Below, in pieces: positions 8,079 to 16,305 of a DNA stretch of 24,616 nt. Under the pieces are notes generated by a model. That model made no database searches, was not told where the DNA came from, and was given only the letters and a program-made list of their open reading frames with translations. The translations under genes were made by a program, and so were the position numbers. Each line of letters starts with the position of its first letter. Position 1 is the stretch's first letter. Where the stretch lies: positions 1 to 24,616 of the forward strand of contig CAXGUD010000051.1 in the NCBI GenBank assembly GCA_964012805.1, written 5' to 3'. The stretch is from an uncultured Bacteriovoracaceae bacterium (GTDB taxonomy: Bacteria; Bdellovibrionota; Bacteriovoracia; Bacteriovoracales; Bacteriovoracaceae).

Positions 8079-9016
8079 ATTTCTATTTTTACCTTATTAA
8101 AATCAATTATTTTTCCAAAAATTATTCTTTTTCCCTTCTTTTTTCTTAGAGGAATTAGTTCACCATAATGGCCGCCTTTTTTAGCGATTGCTATGCCTGA
8201 TAATTTAATACCTTTGCTTGAAAGAATAATTTTAACAGGAGTAAATGAACGGACTAGTTTTAACGGAACGAGATCTCTCTTTAATAAAGGAACTCCTTTT
8301 TTTAAAGTTTTTGTTGGTTTAAAAAAAATGATTTTATTAAAACTTTTAAAGTATTTTCCAGGATTAATTGTTTTGATCCATTTCTTCGAGAAATCATCCT
8401 TAAAAAGTTTTTTGTTGTTAAAATAGTCAATGTTTTTTTTGGGAACGACTATTTGAGATCGTGTTAATAGGTTCGCATGAATACGTTTTGAATCCTTTAT
8501 GTTTTTTTCAGAGTTGATAACTTTTATAATTATTTCTTTTTTTCCTGTGCTGTTGCAGTCTTTGCATGATAAGGATATTTCTTCACCTTCATTTAATGTT
8601 AAAATGGACAGCTCATTGTTTTTGTTTACTTTTTTTAGAAAAAAATTCTCAGGAAGCTCAATTTTCGTTATTAGATTTCCAAAGTTGGAAATATTTATTT
8701 GATCAGGTTTAATGATTACTTTAGTAGCAATTTCCTTTGGTAGATAGATCCTTTTAAAGTTTTTTGTAGAAAAAGATCCTTGAGCATTCTTAATTAAATT
8801 TAAAAACATGGAATTTATTATTTTTGGACATGTCGTATTTTTTATAGATTTTTCTAGTTGTATTTCAGATGATCCTCTAGAAATATAGATATTTTCATAA
8901 GATATAATTAAGCAGCTTTTTGGACTTTTTATATTCAATGATGCTTGACTTAATCCCAAGTTAAGCATTTGATATATAATTAATAAAAAATATATTCTAA
9001 AATTTTTAAATATCAT
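8075..9016 (-). CDS. flgA: P-ring assembly chaperone FlgA (extended)
   Basis: Signal peptide; C-terminal LVRSFTPVKII....GIKLSGIAIAKKGGHYGELI...GKI resembles the FlgA SAF/C-terminal region. ATGA overlaps with flgG and flgH. Confidence 0.75.
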   Translation of the reverse strand: MIFKNFRIYFLLIIYQMLNLGLSQASLNIKSPKSCLIISYENIYISRGSSEIQLEKSIKNTTCPKIINSMFLNLIKNAQGSFSTKNFKRIYLPKEIATKVIIKPDQINISNFGNLITKIELPENFFLKKVNKNNELSILTLNEGEEISLSCKDCNSTGKKEIIIKVINSEKNIKDSKRIHANLLTRSQIVVPKKNIDYFNNKKLFKDDFSKKWIKTINPGKYFKSFNKIIFFKPTKTLKKGVPLLKRDLVPLKLVRSFTPVKIILSSKGIKLSGIAIAKKGGHYGELIPLRKKKGKRIIFGKIIDFNKVKIEI

Positions 9017-9852
9017 CTTATATTATTTATAGTTTGTAACATTTGGTCGGCTATTCCCATAACTTTGGAGTTCATCTCGTATGCTCTCTGTGCTTTTATT
9101 AAACTTGTCATTTCATTCATAATTTTTACATTTGAAGATTCAAGTGTACCTTGTTCAATAGGACCTGAGTTCTCCTGACCTGCTATATTTTGAATTGCTG
9201 TACCGCTTGAAGTTGTTGTCCTAAAAAGATTTCTTCCCATAGATTTTAACCCTACAGGGTTTATAAATGTGAAAACCGGCATTTGGCCGATATTTATTGC
9301 TTCAACCTGTCCCTCGATATAGGCATCCACTTTTCCATCAGTTGAAACATGGACGCTTTTGGTATTGGGTGGAAAAACTAAACCAGGAAAAACTTTATAA
9401 CCATTTTTATCTACAAGAGTTCCAGTTTTTTCGACATTAAATGAACCATCTCTTGTATACTGAACTTCTCCTGATGGCATTATAACTCCAAAAAAACCTT
9501 GCCCTCTTATCATAAAGTCAAAAGGATTATTTGTTAGCTGGGGATCACCGAGCGAAAACTCTTTTCTGACAGCTGTTACCTTAGCGCCGGTCCCTATTTG
9601 CAAACCTACATTGTATTCAGTTGTTGCACTAGATTTTGAACCTGCTTCAGTGATTGTCTCATAAAGTAAGTCTTCAAATTCTGTACGCCCCTTTTTGAAT
9701 CCTGTAGTATTCAAGTTAGCAATGTTATTTGATATAGCACTGACATTTTGTTCTTGGGCGCTCATGCCAGTCGCTGCTGTATTTAAGGCTCTAAACATTG
9801 GAAATGAATTAATTGTAAAAATTAGAGTTGAGAAAAAAATCAAATTTTTCAT
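9013..9852 (-). CDS. flgG: Flagellar distal rod protein FlgG; canonical N-terminus begins at the second Met (9798)
   Basis: MFRALNTAATGM.AQ...ISNNIANLNTTGFKKGR.EFEDLLY, YTRDGSF, LESSNV...AQRAYEMNSK. Confidence 0.97.
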   Translation of the reverse strand: MKNLIFFSTLIFTINSFPMFRALNTAATGMSAQEQNVSAISNNIANLNTTGFKKGRTEFEDLLYETITEAGSKSSATTEYNVGLQIGTGAKVTAVRKEFSLGDPQLTNNPFDFMIRGQGFFGVIMPSGEVQYTRDGSFNVEKTGTLVDKNGYKVFPGLVFPPNTKSVHVSTDGKVDAYIEGQVEAINIGQMPVFTFINPVGLKSMGRNLFRTTTSSGTAIQNIAGQENSGPIEQGTLESSNVKIMNEMTSLIKAQRAYEMNSKVMGIADQMLQTINNIR

Positions 9853-9867
9853 ATTACCTCTTTGTTA

Positions 9868-10677
9868 TCAAAATTTTGCTATTTCATTTACAGCTCTTCC
9901 ACCAATATTGTCATAGGTTTTTATGGCCCTTTGAAGACTTTCAAAGTGTCTGTATGTTTTAAGGAGTTCTGAAATTTCCCCAACAGGATTTACATTCGAT
10001 TGTTCTACAAAGCCTTGTAAAATATTACTTTTTTCTGGAGAGTCAGTAATATTGTTTATATCCTTGTTTATAAATAAAGAGTTTCCTTCCTTTCTTAAAG
10101 CGTGGATATCTTTGAACTCAATTAAAGAGATTTTTGATATGAGCTTTTTGTTTATATGAACTTCTCCTTCTGGAGTAATTGTAATTTGACCAGGTGTGAT
10201 TTTAATTACTCTTTCTTCAGGTTTTTTTAAGTCGGGACCCTTTTCTAATTGAGAAAGAAGTTTATTTCCTGTAGCTGTCACAAGGTTTCCATCTTTATTG
10301 GGTGAGAAGATTCCGGACCTTGTGTACCTAACTCCATTGGGAGTCAATAATTCGAAAAAGCCTTTACCTTTAATTGCCAAATCCAGAGGGTTATTTGTTG
10401 GTACTAGGCTTCCTTGTTTAAAGTCAGTAAAACTTCCTGCGACTTTTACATACGAATTTTCGGCATCATAGCTTTTATAGAAATCTTCAGGTTTAAACTC
10501 TTTATTTGGTAAGTCTATATCCTGATGACCTTTTTCTAGGACAGTTAAATGTTCTTTAAAACTTAAATGATCCTTTTTGAATCCAGGTGTATTCGCATTT
10601 GCTATGTTGTTAGCAAGAGTGTCAATTTTTCTCTGCTGCGAAATTGCACCTGATAAAGGAACCCATAAGTCTTTCAT
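9868..10677 (-). CDS. flgF: Flagellar proximal rod protein FlgF (start moved from 10833 to ATG 10677)
   Basis: MKDLWVPLSGA...ANNIANANTPGFKKD, TNNPLDLAIKGKGFF, YTRSG, QGFVEQSNVNPV. SD AAGGGG precedes ATG 10677. Confidence 0.9.
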   Translation of the reverse strand: MKDLWVPLSGAISQQRKIDTLANNIANANTPGFKKDHLSFKEHLTVLEKGHQDIDLPNKEFKPEDFYKSYDAENSYVKVAGSFTDFKQGSLVPTNNPLDLAIKGKGFFELLTPNGVRYTRSGIFSPNKDGNLVTATGNKLLSQLEKGPDLKKPEERVIKITPGQITITPEGEVHINKKLISKISLIEFKDIHALRKEGNSLFINKDINNITDSPEKSNILQGFVEQSNVNPVGEISELLKTYRHFESLQRAIKTYDNIGGRAVNEIAKF

Positions 10678-10729
10678 AAAAGAACCCCTTCTTAGAGGTA
10701 ATGCTAGGTTTATATTATGAAAAGTGTCA

Positions 10730-10819
10730 TAAAATTCACATGGGGCAAAAAATTCTAGGAAACTTGATTCAATTATAGCGTTAAAGAAGTTTGTTTTTTG
10801 CCAATTTGATTGAATTTTA
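10730..10819. repeat. Nested imperfect inverted repeat in the flgF/xseB divergent intergenic region
   Basis: TAAAATTCA(10730-38)/TGAATTTTA(10811-19); GGCAAAAAA(10744-52)/TTTTTTGCC(10794-802); AAACTT(10760-65)/AAGTTT(10787-92). Confidence 0.55.
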
Positions 10820-10849
10820 CTAGGATAAACCACTTAAAGTGCGCAATGC

Positions 10850-10893
10850 GAAAGACGGTCTTTCCTTTGCAAGCTGAGTAGGGACTTACTCAG
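10850..10893. promoter_or_regulatory. Two adjacent dyads (possible operators or hairpins)
   Basis: GAAAGAC-G-GTCTTTC (10850-10864) and CTGAGTA-N6-TACTCAG (10874-10893). Confidence 0.45.
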
Positions 10894-10935
10894 ATCGTTT
10901 GTTGTTTGACATGTAAAAAAATTCTGTAGGTAAAT

Positions 10936-11178
10936 ATGAGTGATCAGAAAAATGGAGTTTATAAAGAAGGAGAAACTTTGGAAGACTTTCTTGGAGAGTT
11001 GGAAAAAGTTGTGAATGGTTTGGAGTCCGGAGAACTCTCTCTAGAGGATAGTCTGGGCCACTTTGAAAAGGGAGTTTCTCTTTACAAGCGCTGTAAAAAA
11101 ATTCTTTCAAAAGCTGAAAGTCGTATATCTACTTTGACCGATAGCCTAAAAGAGGACGACTGGAAGGAGGAGGAGTAA
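10936..11178 (+). CDS. xseB: Exodeoxyribonuclease VII small subunit
   Basis: LGELEKVVNGLESGELSLEDSLGHFEKGVSLYKRCKKILSKAESRI matches the XseB pattern. Confidence 0.93.
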   Translation: MSDQKNGVYKEGETLEDFLGELEKVVNGLESGELSLEDSLGHFEKGVSLYKRCKKILSKAESRISTLTDSLKEDDWKEEE

Positions 11179-11181
11179 ACT

Positions 11182-12195
11182 TTGAGAAAGTTGTCACTTT
11201 TCCTAGTTTTTTTGCTCTTCTCGTCTTGTACTTCGAATTACTCAGGCCAGGATTACTATGGGGATGCGGGGCATGATCAGGCTTCTCCAGCTTTTCTTAT
11301 TGATAACCAATTAGAGCACTCTAAAAAGGTTGTACCATCTATAGCTGAGTCCAGTTATTTAAGTGATAATTCTTTTGGACCTAGCAATGAATTCGCTTTT
11401 AGAAGGGAAATTAGTGAGGATCCAACTAAAGGTAAAGAAAGAGTGCCTATTGTTGGTATTTTTTTAGGTCCTGGTCTTCAAAGAACAATGGTGTTTTTAG
11501 ACCTTTTTAAGGAACTTCGAAGACAACGAATTTCGGTTCATGTTCTATCTGGTACTGGCTTTGGTAATGTAATGGCCGGCTTAATGGCTTCTGATTTGAG
11601 TTTTGGTCGAGTGGAATGGGTTCTATTTAAATTTTGGAATAAGTCAAAAAACTATGAAGCATATTCAAAAAAATGGTACGGTGTTTTTGAAGATGTTATT
11701 TTAAAAGAGTTTGGCAGTTTAGATATCCAAAGTTTTGGACAATTAGTTTTTTTACCTTCTGCTTTACAAGATGGAAAAAAACACTTTTTTAAAATAGGGA
11801 AGCCTAGAGATGTGTTTAGGAAAGTTTTTTTTCAGTTTGAAAGAAAAGTAGGTGAAAGCGGGTTTATTCATTTTGATAAAGACATTTTTTTAAAAAGGGG
11901 TGTTGATATTACTATTTATGCCAGTGTCTTAGGAAACCAAGTGATTTTAAGTAAGCCTAATGATTTTTTAAAAAACTCTTTCGAAAAATTTGCCATGGAA
12001 AAAAGGAGTTCCTTGATGTTTAATCATCATGATCTCTATTTTGATTTTCTAGATGGGGAAGACTTAGCTATTGATTCATTTACTTCTAGGAAAAAGTGGG
12101 AAAAAAGTGGGCAGGTCTGGGCACGACGCTCTGCCCTAAAGATTCGACAAGCTATAAAAGCATGGAAGGAAAAGTCATCAATAACTAAAGACTAA
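11182..12195 (+). CDS. Lipoprotein with degenerate patatin-like domain (probably catalytically inactive)
   Basis: Lipobox FSSC. VGIFLGPGLQR...LFKELRRQRISVHVLSGTGFGNVMAGLMA aligns by eye with the patatin N-terminal block, with GTGFG in place of GTSxG. TTG start after GGAGGAG at the end of xseB. Confidence 0.65.
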   Translation: MRKLSLFLVFLLFSSCTSNYSGQDYYGDAGHDQASPAFLIDNQLEHSKKVVPSIAESSYLSDNSFGPSNEFAFRREISEDPTKGKERVPIVGIFLGPGLQRTMVFLDLFKELRRQRISVHVLSGTGFGNVMAGLMASDLSFGRVEWVLFKFWNKSKNYEAYSKKWYGVFEDVILKEFGSLDIQSFGQLVFLPSALQDGKKHFFKIGKPRDVFRKVFFQFERKVGESGFIHFDKDIFLKRGVDITIYASVLGNQVILSKPNDFLKNSFEKFAMEKRSSLMFNHHDLYFDFLDGEDLAIDSFTSRKKWEKSGQVWARRSALKIRQAIKAWKEKSSITKD

Positions 12196-12231
12196 AAGGC
12201 TTTAGTAATATAAGGACGGTAAGGTTTAGAA

Positions 12232-14979
12232 ATGGGAAAGCTTATTTTAAAGGTATTTTGGGGCTCAGTCGCTGCCTGCTTCTTTGCGATAACACTTGTC
12301 GTATCAACAATAATATATTTTTCTTTAAGCTTACCCCAAATATCCTCTCTTAGTGATTATAAACCACCAATACCCTCTCAGATTTTATCGAAAAGAGGTG
12401 TTGTCCTAGCCGAAATAGGTATTGAAAAGAGAGAAATTGTTAAGATGGAGGACATACCTAAGGTAATTATAGATGCTTTTCTTTCAGCTGAAGATGATAG
12501 CTTTTACGAGCATAAGGGTGTGGATTATTTTGGAGTTCTACGAGCATTAATAGTGAACATTAAGGCTGGGAAAGTTGTTCAAGGTGGAAGCACGATTACC
12601 CAGCAGGTTGCCAAATCTCTTCTGCTTTCCAATGAAAGGTCGATATCTAGAAAAATAAAAGATTTTTTACTAGCGCAGAAAATAGAAAAGAGGTTTTCTA
12701 AGGAAGAAATTTTATATTTGTATTTGAATCAGGTTTACCTTGGAGGAGGTTTCTACGGAGTAAAGTCTGCTTTCAGAGGGTATTACGGCAAAGAGTTGGT
12801 TGAGGCTACGATCGCTGAAGCAGCAATGATAGCAGGGTTGTTGGTTGCACCTGGTAAGTACTCTCCTTATATAAACCCAGGTTATGCAAAAAAAAGACAG
12901 GCTTATGTTTTAAAGAGAATGTATGAAAATAAAAGAATTTCTTTTGAAGAATTGCAAAAGGCAAAAAGTGAAGTTCTTGAATTTAAAATCCGAAAGAAAA
13001 GAGGTTTCAAGGCAGGTTACTTTACAGATTGGGTTCGGCAAAGAGTAGTAAAGGTTATTGGCGAAGAGAAATTTTTGAAGGAAGGATTTAGAGTACAAAC
13101 TACGCTAGATTGGAGCCTACAAAGAATTGCTGAGAAAGAAGTAAAGAGAGGAGTAAAAGAAATTGATAAAAGGCAAGGGTTTCTTGGCCCGATAGCATCT
13201 TTAGATGATTCATCTCAGGAAGATAGTTTTGAAATTAACTTTAGAAGAGATGTTTTAAGGGAGGCATCCCAATTCTTTACTTTGGGAGAAGATGATCAAA
13301 GGAAGTACCAATACGAAATCGATGAAGAAGGGGTTTCGCAGATTGAAGATGCTCATAAGGAAAAAGTATTAGATTTAGGCGGTAAGAATTTTTACCCAGG
13401 TTATATAAAATCAGATCCTTTTATAAAACATCTGATTGTCGGAAATACTTATAAAGCAATTGTTAAAAAAGTAGATGATTCCTCCAGAATTGTTTATGTG
13501 AGCTTAGGGAAAGTTACAGGTATTATTCCATTTAATTACTTTAGCTGGGCTCATGAGAGAGTTATAGATGAAAAAAGGAAGTACTTTCAGCCTCTTATGG
13601 TACCATCAAAAATTTTGAAAAAGGGGGATGTTGTCCTTGTAGAGCTAAAAAGACTTAAAGTTAGAGCGACCTCCTATTTTTATAAGACATTTTTAAAGAG
13701 AATTCGGAAACAAAAAGAAATATACAAAAAAGTTAGGGCAGAAAAATACCTTCTTTGTATGCTTGATCAGGAAGCAAGTGCTCAAGGGGCTTTAGTCTCA
13801 GTATCTCCAAAGAATGGGGATATAATTTCTTTTGTTGGTGGGAAGGACTTTGAAAAATCCCAATTTAATAGGGCGATTCAGTCTAAAAGGCAACCAGGGT
13901 CATCATTTAAGCCTTTTTTATTTGCAGCTGCTTTGGAAAATGGGTTCACTCCATCTTCTGTAATAATAGATTCTCCTGAGGCTCTAGGAGGAGTTAACCA
14001 GGATCTTAACTGGAAACCTCGAAACTATGATGGAAAGTTTAAGGGACCAATAACTTTTAGGAAAGCATTGGAACAAAGCAGGAATGTTCCAACAATTAAG
14101 ATTGCAAAAGAGCTTGGCGTTTCTAAAATAACGGACTTTGTAAAAAGAATTGGGTTAAATGTAAGGCTTGAAGAAGACTTAAGCCTAGCTCTAGGATCTT
14201 TTGGTGTTTCACTAGTTGATATTGTTTCTGCTTATAGCATTTTTCCAAATGGAGGAAAAAAAGTTCAATTAAAGTCAATCGTATCTATTGTTGATAGAGA
14301 TGGTAATTATTACGACTTTAATGAATACAAACAGTCTAAAGCAGAGGAAGTAAAAGAAAGTAAAGATGAATTTCTTACAAGCGAAGAAGTGTTGAGTGAA
14401 AACCTTGAGGGTAAAGACTTTGAATCAGATGGCTTGACTAAGAAAGTTAATCCTTACCATTTAAGTTTAGGTGGTGACCAAGTTTATGATCGTAGACTTT
14501 CTTATATAATGTCTAACCTTTTAAAAGGTGTGGTTGTAAATGGAACAGGTAGGAGAGCAAAGAGTTTAAGTCATTTTCTAGGCGGTAAAACTGGAACAAC
14601 AAATAGCTATGTTGATGCATGGTTTTTAGGTTTTTCTCATAACTTGGTTACAGGTGTATGGACGGGGTTTGACGATAATAAAACTTTGGGATTTGGTGAG
14701 ACGGGTTCCAGGTCTGCGCTACCTATTTGGAAAGGGTATATGAGTGCAGGTTTGAAAAAATATGGCGAACATGATTTTAAAATTCCTCTTGGAATTATCA
14801 ATGTATTGATAGACCCAAAAAAGGGAACATTGGCAGACGAAAATACTCAGGAAACCTTTATGGAAGCATATGTTGAAGGGACAGAGCCAGGTGTTCAGGA
14901 CATGATGGCCTTGTCAGAGAGTAAAGAGCATGAAGGTAGTGAAATATTGGGCGATGATGAATACTATAATAACCAATAG
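12232..14979 (+). CDS. mrcA: Class A penicillin-binding protein 1A with OB-type insertion
   Basis: N-terminal TM. GT51 motifs EDDSFYEHKG, GSTITQQVAK, RKIKD, KEEILYLYLN. Transpeptidase motifs SSFK, SRN, KTGT. Confidence 0.95.
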   Translation: MGKLILKVFWGSVAACFFAITLVVSTIIYFSLSLPQISSLSDYKPPIPSQILSKRGVVLAEIGIEKREIVKMEDIPKVIIDAFLSAEDDSFYEHKGVDYFGVLRALIVNIKAGKVVQGGSTITQQVAKSLLLSNERSISRKIKDFLLAQKIEKRFSKEEILYLYLNQVYLGGGFYGVKSAFRGYYGKELVEATIAEAAMIAGLLVAPGKYSPYINPGYAKKRQAYVLKRMYENKRISFEELQKAKSEVLEFKIRKKRGFKAGYFTDWVRQRVVKVIGEEKFLKEGFRVQTTLDWSLQRIAEKEVKRGVKEIDKRQGFLGPIASLDDSSQEDSFEINFRRDVLREASQFFTLGEDDQRKYQYEIDEEGVSQIEDAHKEKVLDLGGKNFYPGYIKSDPFIKHLIVGNTYKAIVKKVDDSSRIVYVSLGKVTGIIPFNYFSWAHERVIDEKRKYFQPLMVPSKILKKGDVVLVELKRLKVRATSYFYKTFLKRIRKQKEIYKKVRAEKYLLCMLDQEASAQGALVSVSPKNGDIISFVGGKDFEKSQFNRAIQSKRQPGSSFKPFLFAAALENGFTPSSVIIDSPEALGGVNQDLNWKPRNYDGKFKGPITFRKALEQSRNVPTIKIAKELGVSKITDFVKRIGLNVRLEEDLSLALGSFGVSLVDIVSAYSIFPNGGKKVQLKSIVSIVDRDGNYYDFNEYKQSKAEEVKESKDEFLTSEEVLSENLEGKDFESDGLTKKVNPYHLSLGGDQVYDRRLSYIMSNLLKGVVVNGTGRRAKSLSHFLGGKTGTTNSYVDAWFLGFSHNLVTGVWTGFDDNKTLGFGETGSRSALPIWKGYMSAGLKKYGEHDFKIPLGIINVLIDPKKGTLADENTQETFMEAYVEGTEPGVQDMMALSESKEHEGSEILGDDEYYNNQ

Positions 14980-15074
14980 CTTTACTTTTTATGCTAGGGT
15001 TTACTTTTGTTGTCATTAAATTTCTCTTGAAGTCGAATAGTGTTACTACGTGACTAAAAAATTAAATTGAGCTG

Positions 15075-15971
15075 ATGAAAAAAAGAAATAAAGTTACTCT
15101 TAGTATAATAGTCTTTTCTTTTGTAGGTTCTCTTTTGATCAACTTCGTTTTGTTATTTTCTCCCCTACCTACTCAAAAGCAGGAAACTCTTAGCCAAAAG
15201 AAAAAAAGGTCTAAAATAAGAGTTAAGCTAATTGACCCTAGAGATGAGAATGTTAAAAAAGAAAGTGAGGAAAAAAAGCAAATAGTAAATACTGAAAAAA
15301 AGAAGGAAAGGGAGAAACCGAAAAAGTCAAATTACTTAAGTGAGATGGATCAAACATTTAAAAAAGAGACAAAAGCAGCAAGGGTAGGTACTTTTAAAAG
15401 AGGATCCAAAGGTTCTAAAAAAGCAAAAAGTCTAAAGAAAAAATTAAAATTGAAAAAGGGCGCTAAGAAAAAAAGAAGAATCAGCCTTACAGACCTAGCA
15501 ATCAAAAAGCCTATTTTCTTTGATGAAAAAAATAATACCAAAAAGGGTGAAAAAACAGGGTTTGAAAAAAAACAAGGACTTTCCCAAAATAATGATTTTT
15601 TAGAAGAGATTCCTTTGGGAGATATGACTAATCTTAATACCACGGAGTATCGATTTTACGGTTTTTTCCAGAGAATAAGAAGAAAATTAGAGCAACATTG
15701 GGGGAGGTCCATAAGAGAAAAAGCGAAGATGCTTTTTAAATCAGGAAAAAAACTTGGTCAAAAGGAGCATAAAATAACGGCTCTAACTGTGACGATAAAT
15801 AATAAAGGTCAAATAATCGAGGTTGTTTTAAAGAGTAAAAGTGGAGTTAAGGAGTTGGATGATGCCGCAATTGAATCATTTAATAAAGCAGGTCCATTTC
15901 CTAATCCCCCTAAAGGTTTTATAAAGAATGGAAGGGCAAAAATTGAATGGGGTTTTGTTGTAAAAAGTTAA
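15075..15971 (+). CDS. TonB/TolA-family energy transducer protein
   Basis: Single N-terminal TM, long Lys-rich linker, C-terminal VTINNKGQII.V....KSGVKELDDAAIESFNKAGPFPNPP TonB_C-like domain. Confidence 0.85.
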   Translation: MKKRNKVTLSIIVFSFVGSLLINFVLLFSPLPTQKQETLSQKKKRSKIRVKLIDPRDENVKKESEEKKQIVNTEKKKEREKPKKSNYLSEMDQTFKKETKAARVGTFKRGSKGSKKAKSLKKKLKLKKGAKKKRRISLTDLAIKKPIFFDEKNNTKKGEKTGFEKKQGLSQNNDFLEEIPLGDMTNLNTTEYRFYGFFQRIRRKLEQHWGRSIREKAKMLFKSGKKLGQKEHKITALTVTINNKGQIIEVVLKSKSGVKELDDAAIESFNKAGPFPNPPKGFIKNGRAKIEWGFVVKS

Positions 15972-15976
15972 ACATA

Positions 15977-16264
15977 TTAACTTTTTAAGTTTTCTTTAAT
16001 TTTCTCGATACCTTCCATTAAGAGGTAATCGTTCCAGCTTGATTCAAGTTCTTTTATCGTGTCTACAATTAAAATAGCTGCCTGGTCTCTAGAGATATCA
16101 AGGTCATTCGATAATTGTGTAATCGCCATCCCCAGTGCCTCCATTGCAGGTGCTTGGCATGTGTGAGCTAACTTCTCTTCGAATTTGCTATCAATTTTTT
16201 TTTCTTTATTTTTTATGATAGCCGTGTTGAGAAGTTGAATTGACTCTTGATTTTTTGTCAACAT
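15977..16264 (-). CDS. Hypothetical helical protein downstream of gcvH
   Basis: 95-aa ORF, ATG with upstream AGGA, co-oriented with gcvH (41-nt gap), protein-like amphipathic composition. Confidence 0.7.
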   Translation of the reverse strand: MLTKNQESIQLLNTAIIKNKEKKIDSKFEEKLAHTCQAPAMEALGMAITQLSNDLDISRDQAAILIVDTIKELESSWNDYLLMEGIEKIKENLKS

Positions 16265-16305
16265 ATTGTATTTCCTAAACTTGTTTCAATTCAAATAAAT
16301 ATGGA

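Noticed and set aside
901..8328. A8/T8 homopolymer runs as phase-variation tracts
   Set aside because: Expected at this AT content, and all reading frames are intact.
4885..9016. Very AT-rich stretch (e.g. 10 G+C in 5041-5100) as possible horizontal acquisition
   Set aside because: Flagellar gene order is intact, with no integrase, repeats or boundaries. Better explained by weakly constrained Lys/Asn/Ile-rich proteins.
10678..10833. 52-aa N-terminal extension of FlgF in the ORF track
   Set aside because: Family similarity starts at MKDLW (10677), which has its own SD. The extension is not signal-like and overlaps the regulatory region.
10822..10895. Resemblance of GGATAAACCAC...GTGCGCAATGC to a c-di-GMP-I riboswitch
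   Set aside because: Lacks the GNRA-capped P2 pairing and the GACGCAAAGC core, and is on the strand facing away from the flagellar genes. An Rfam scan would settle it.
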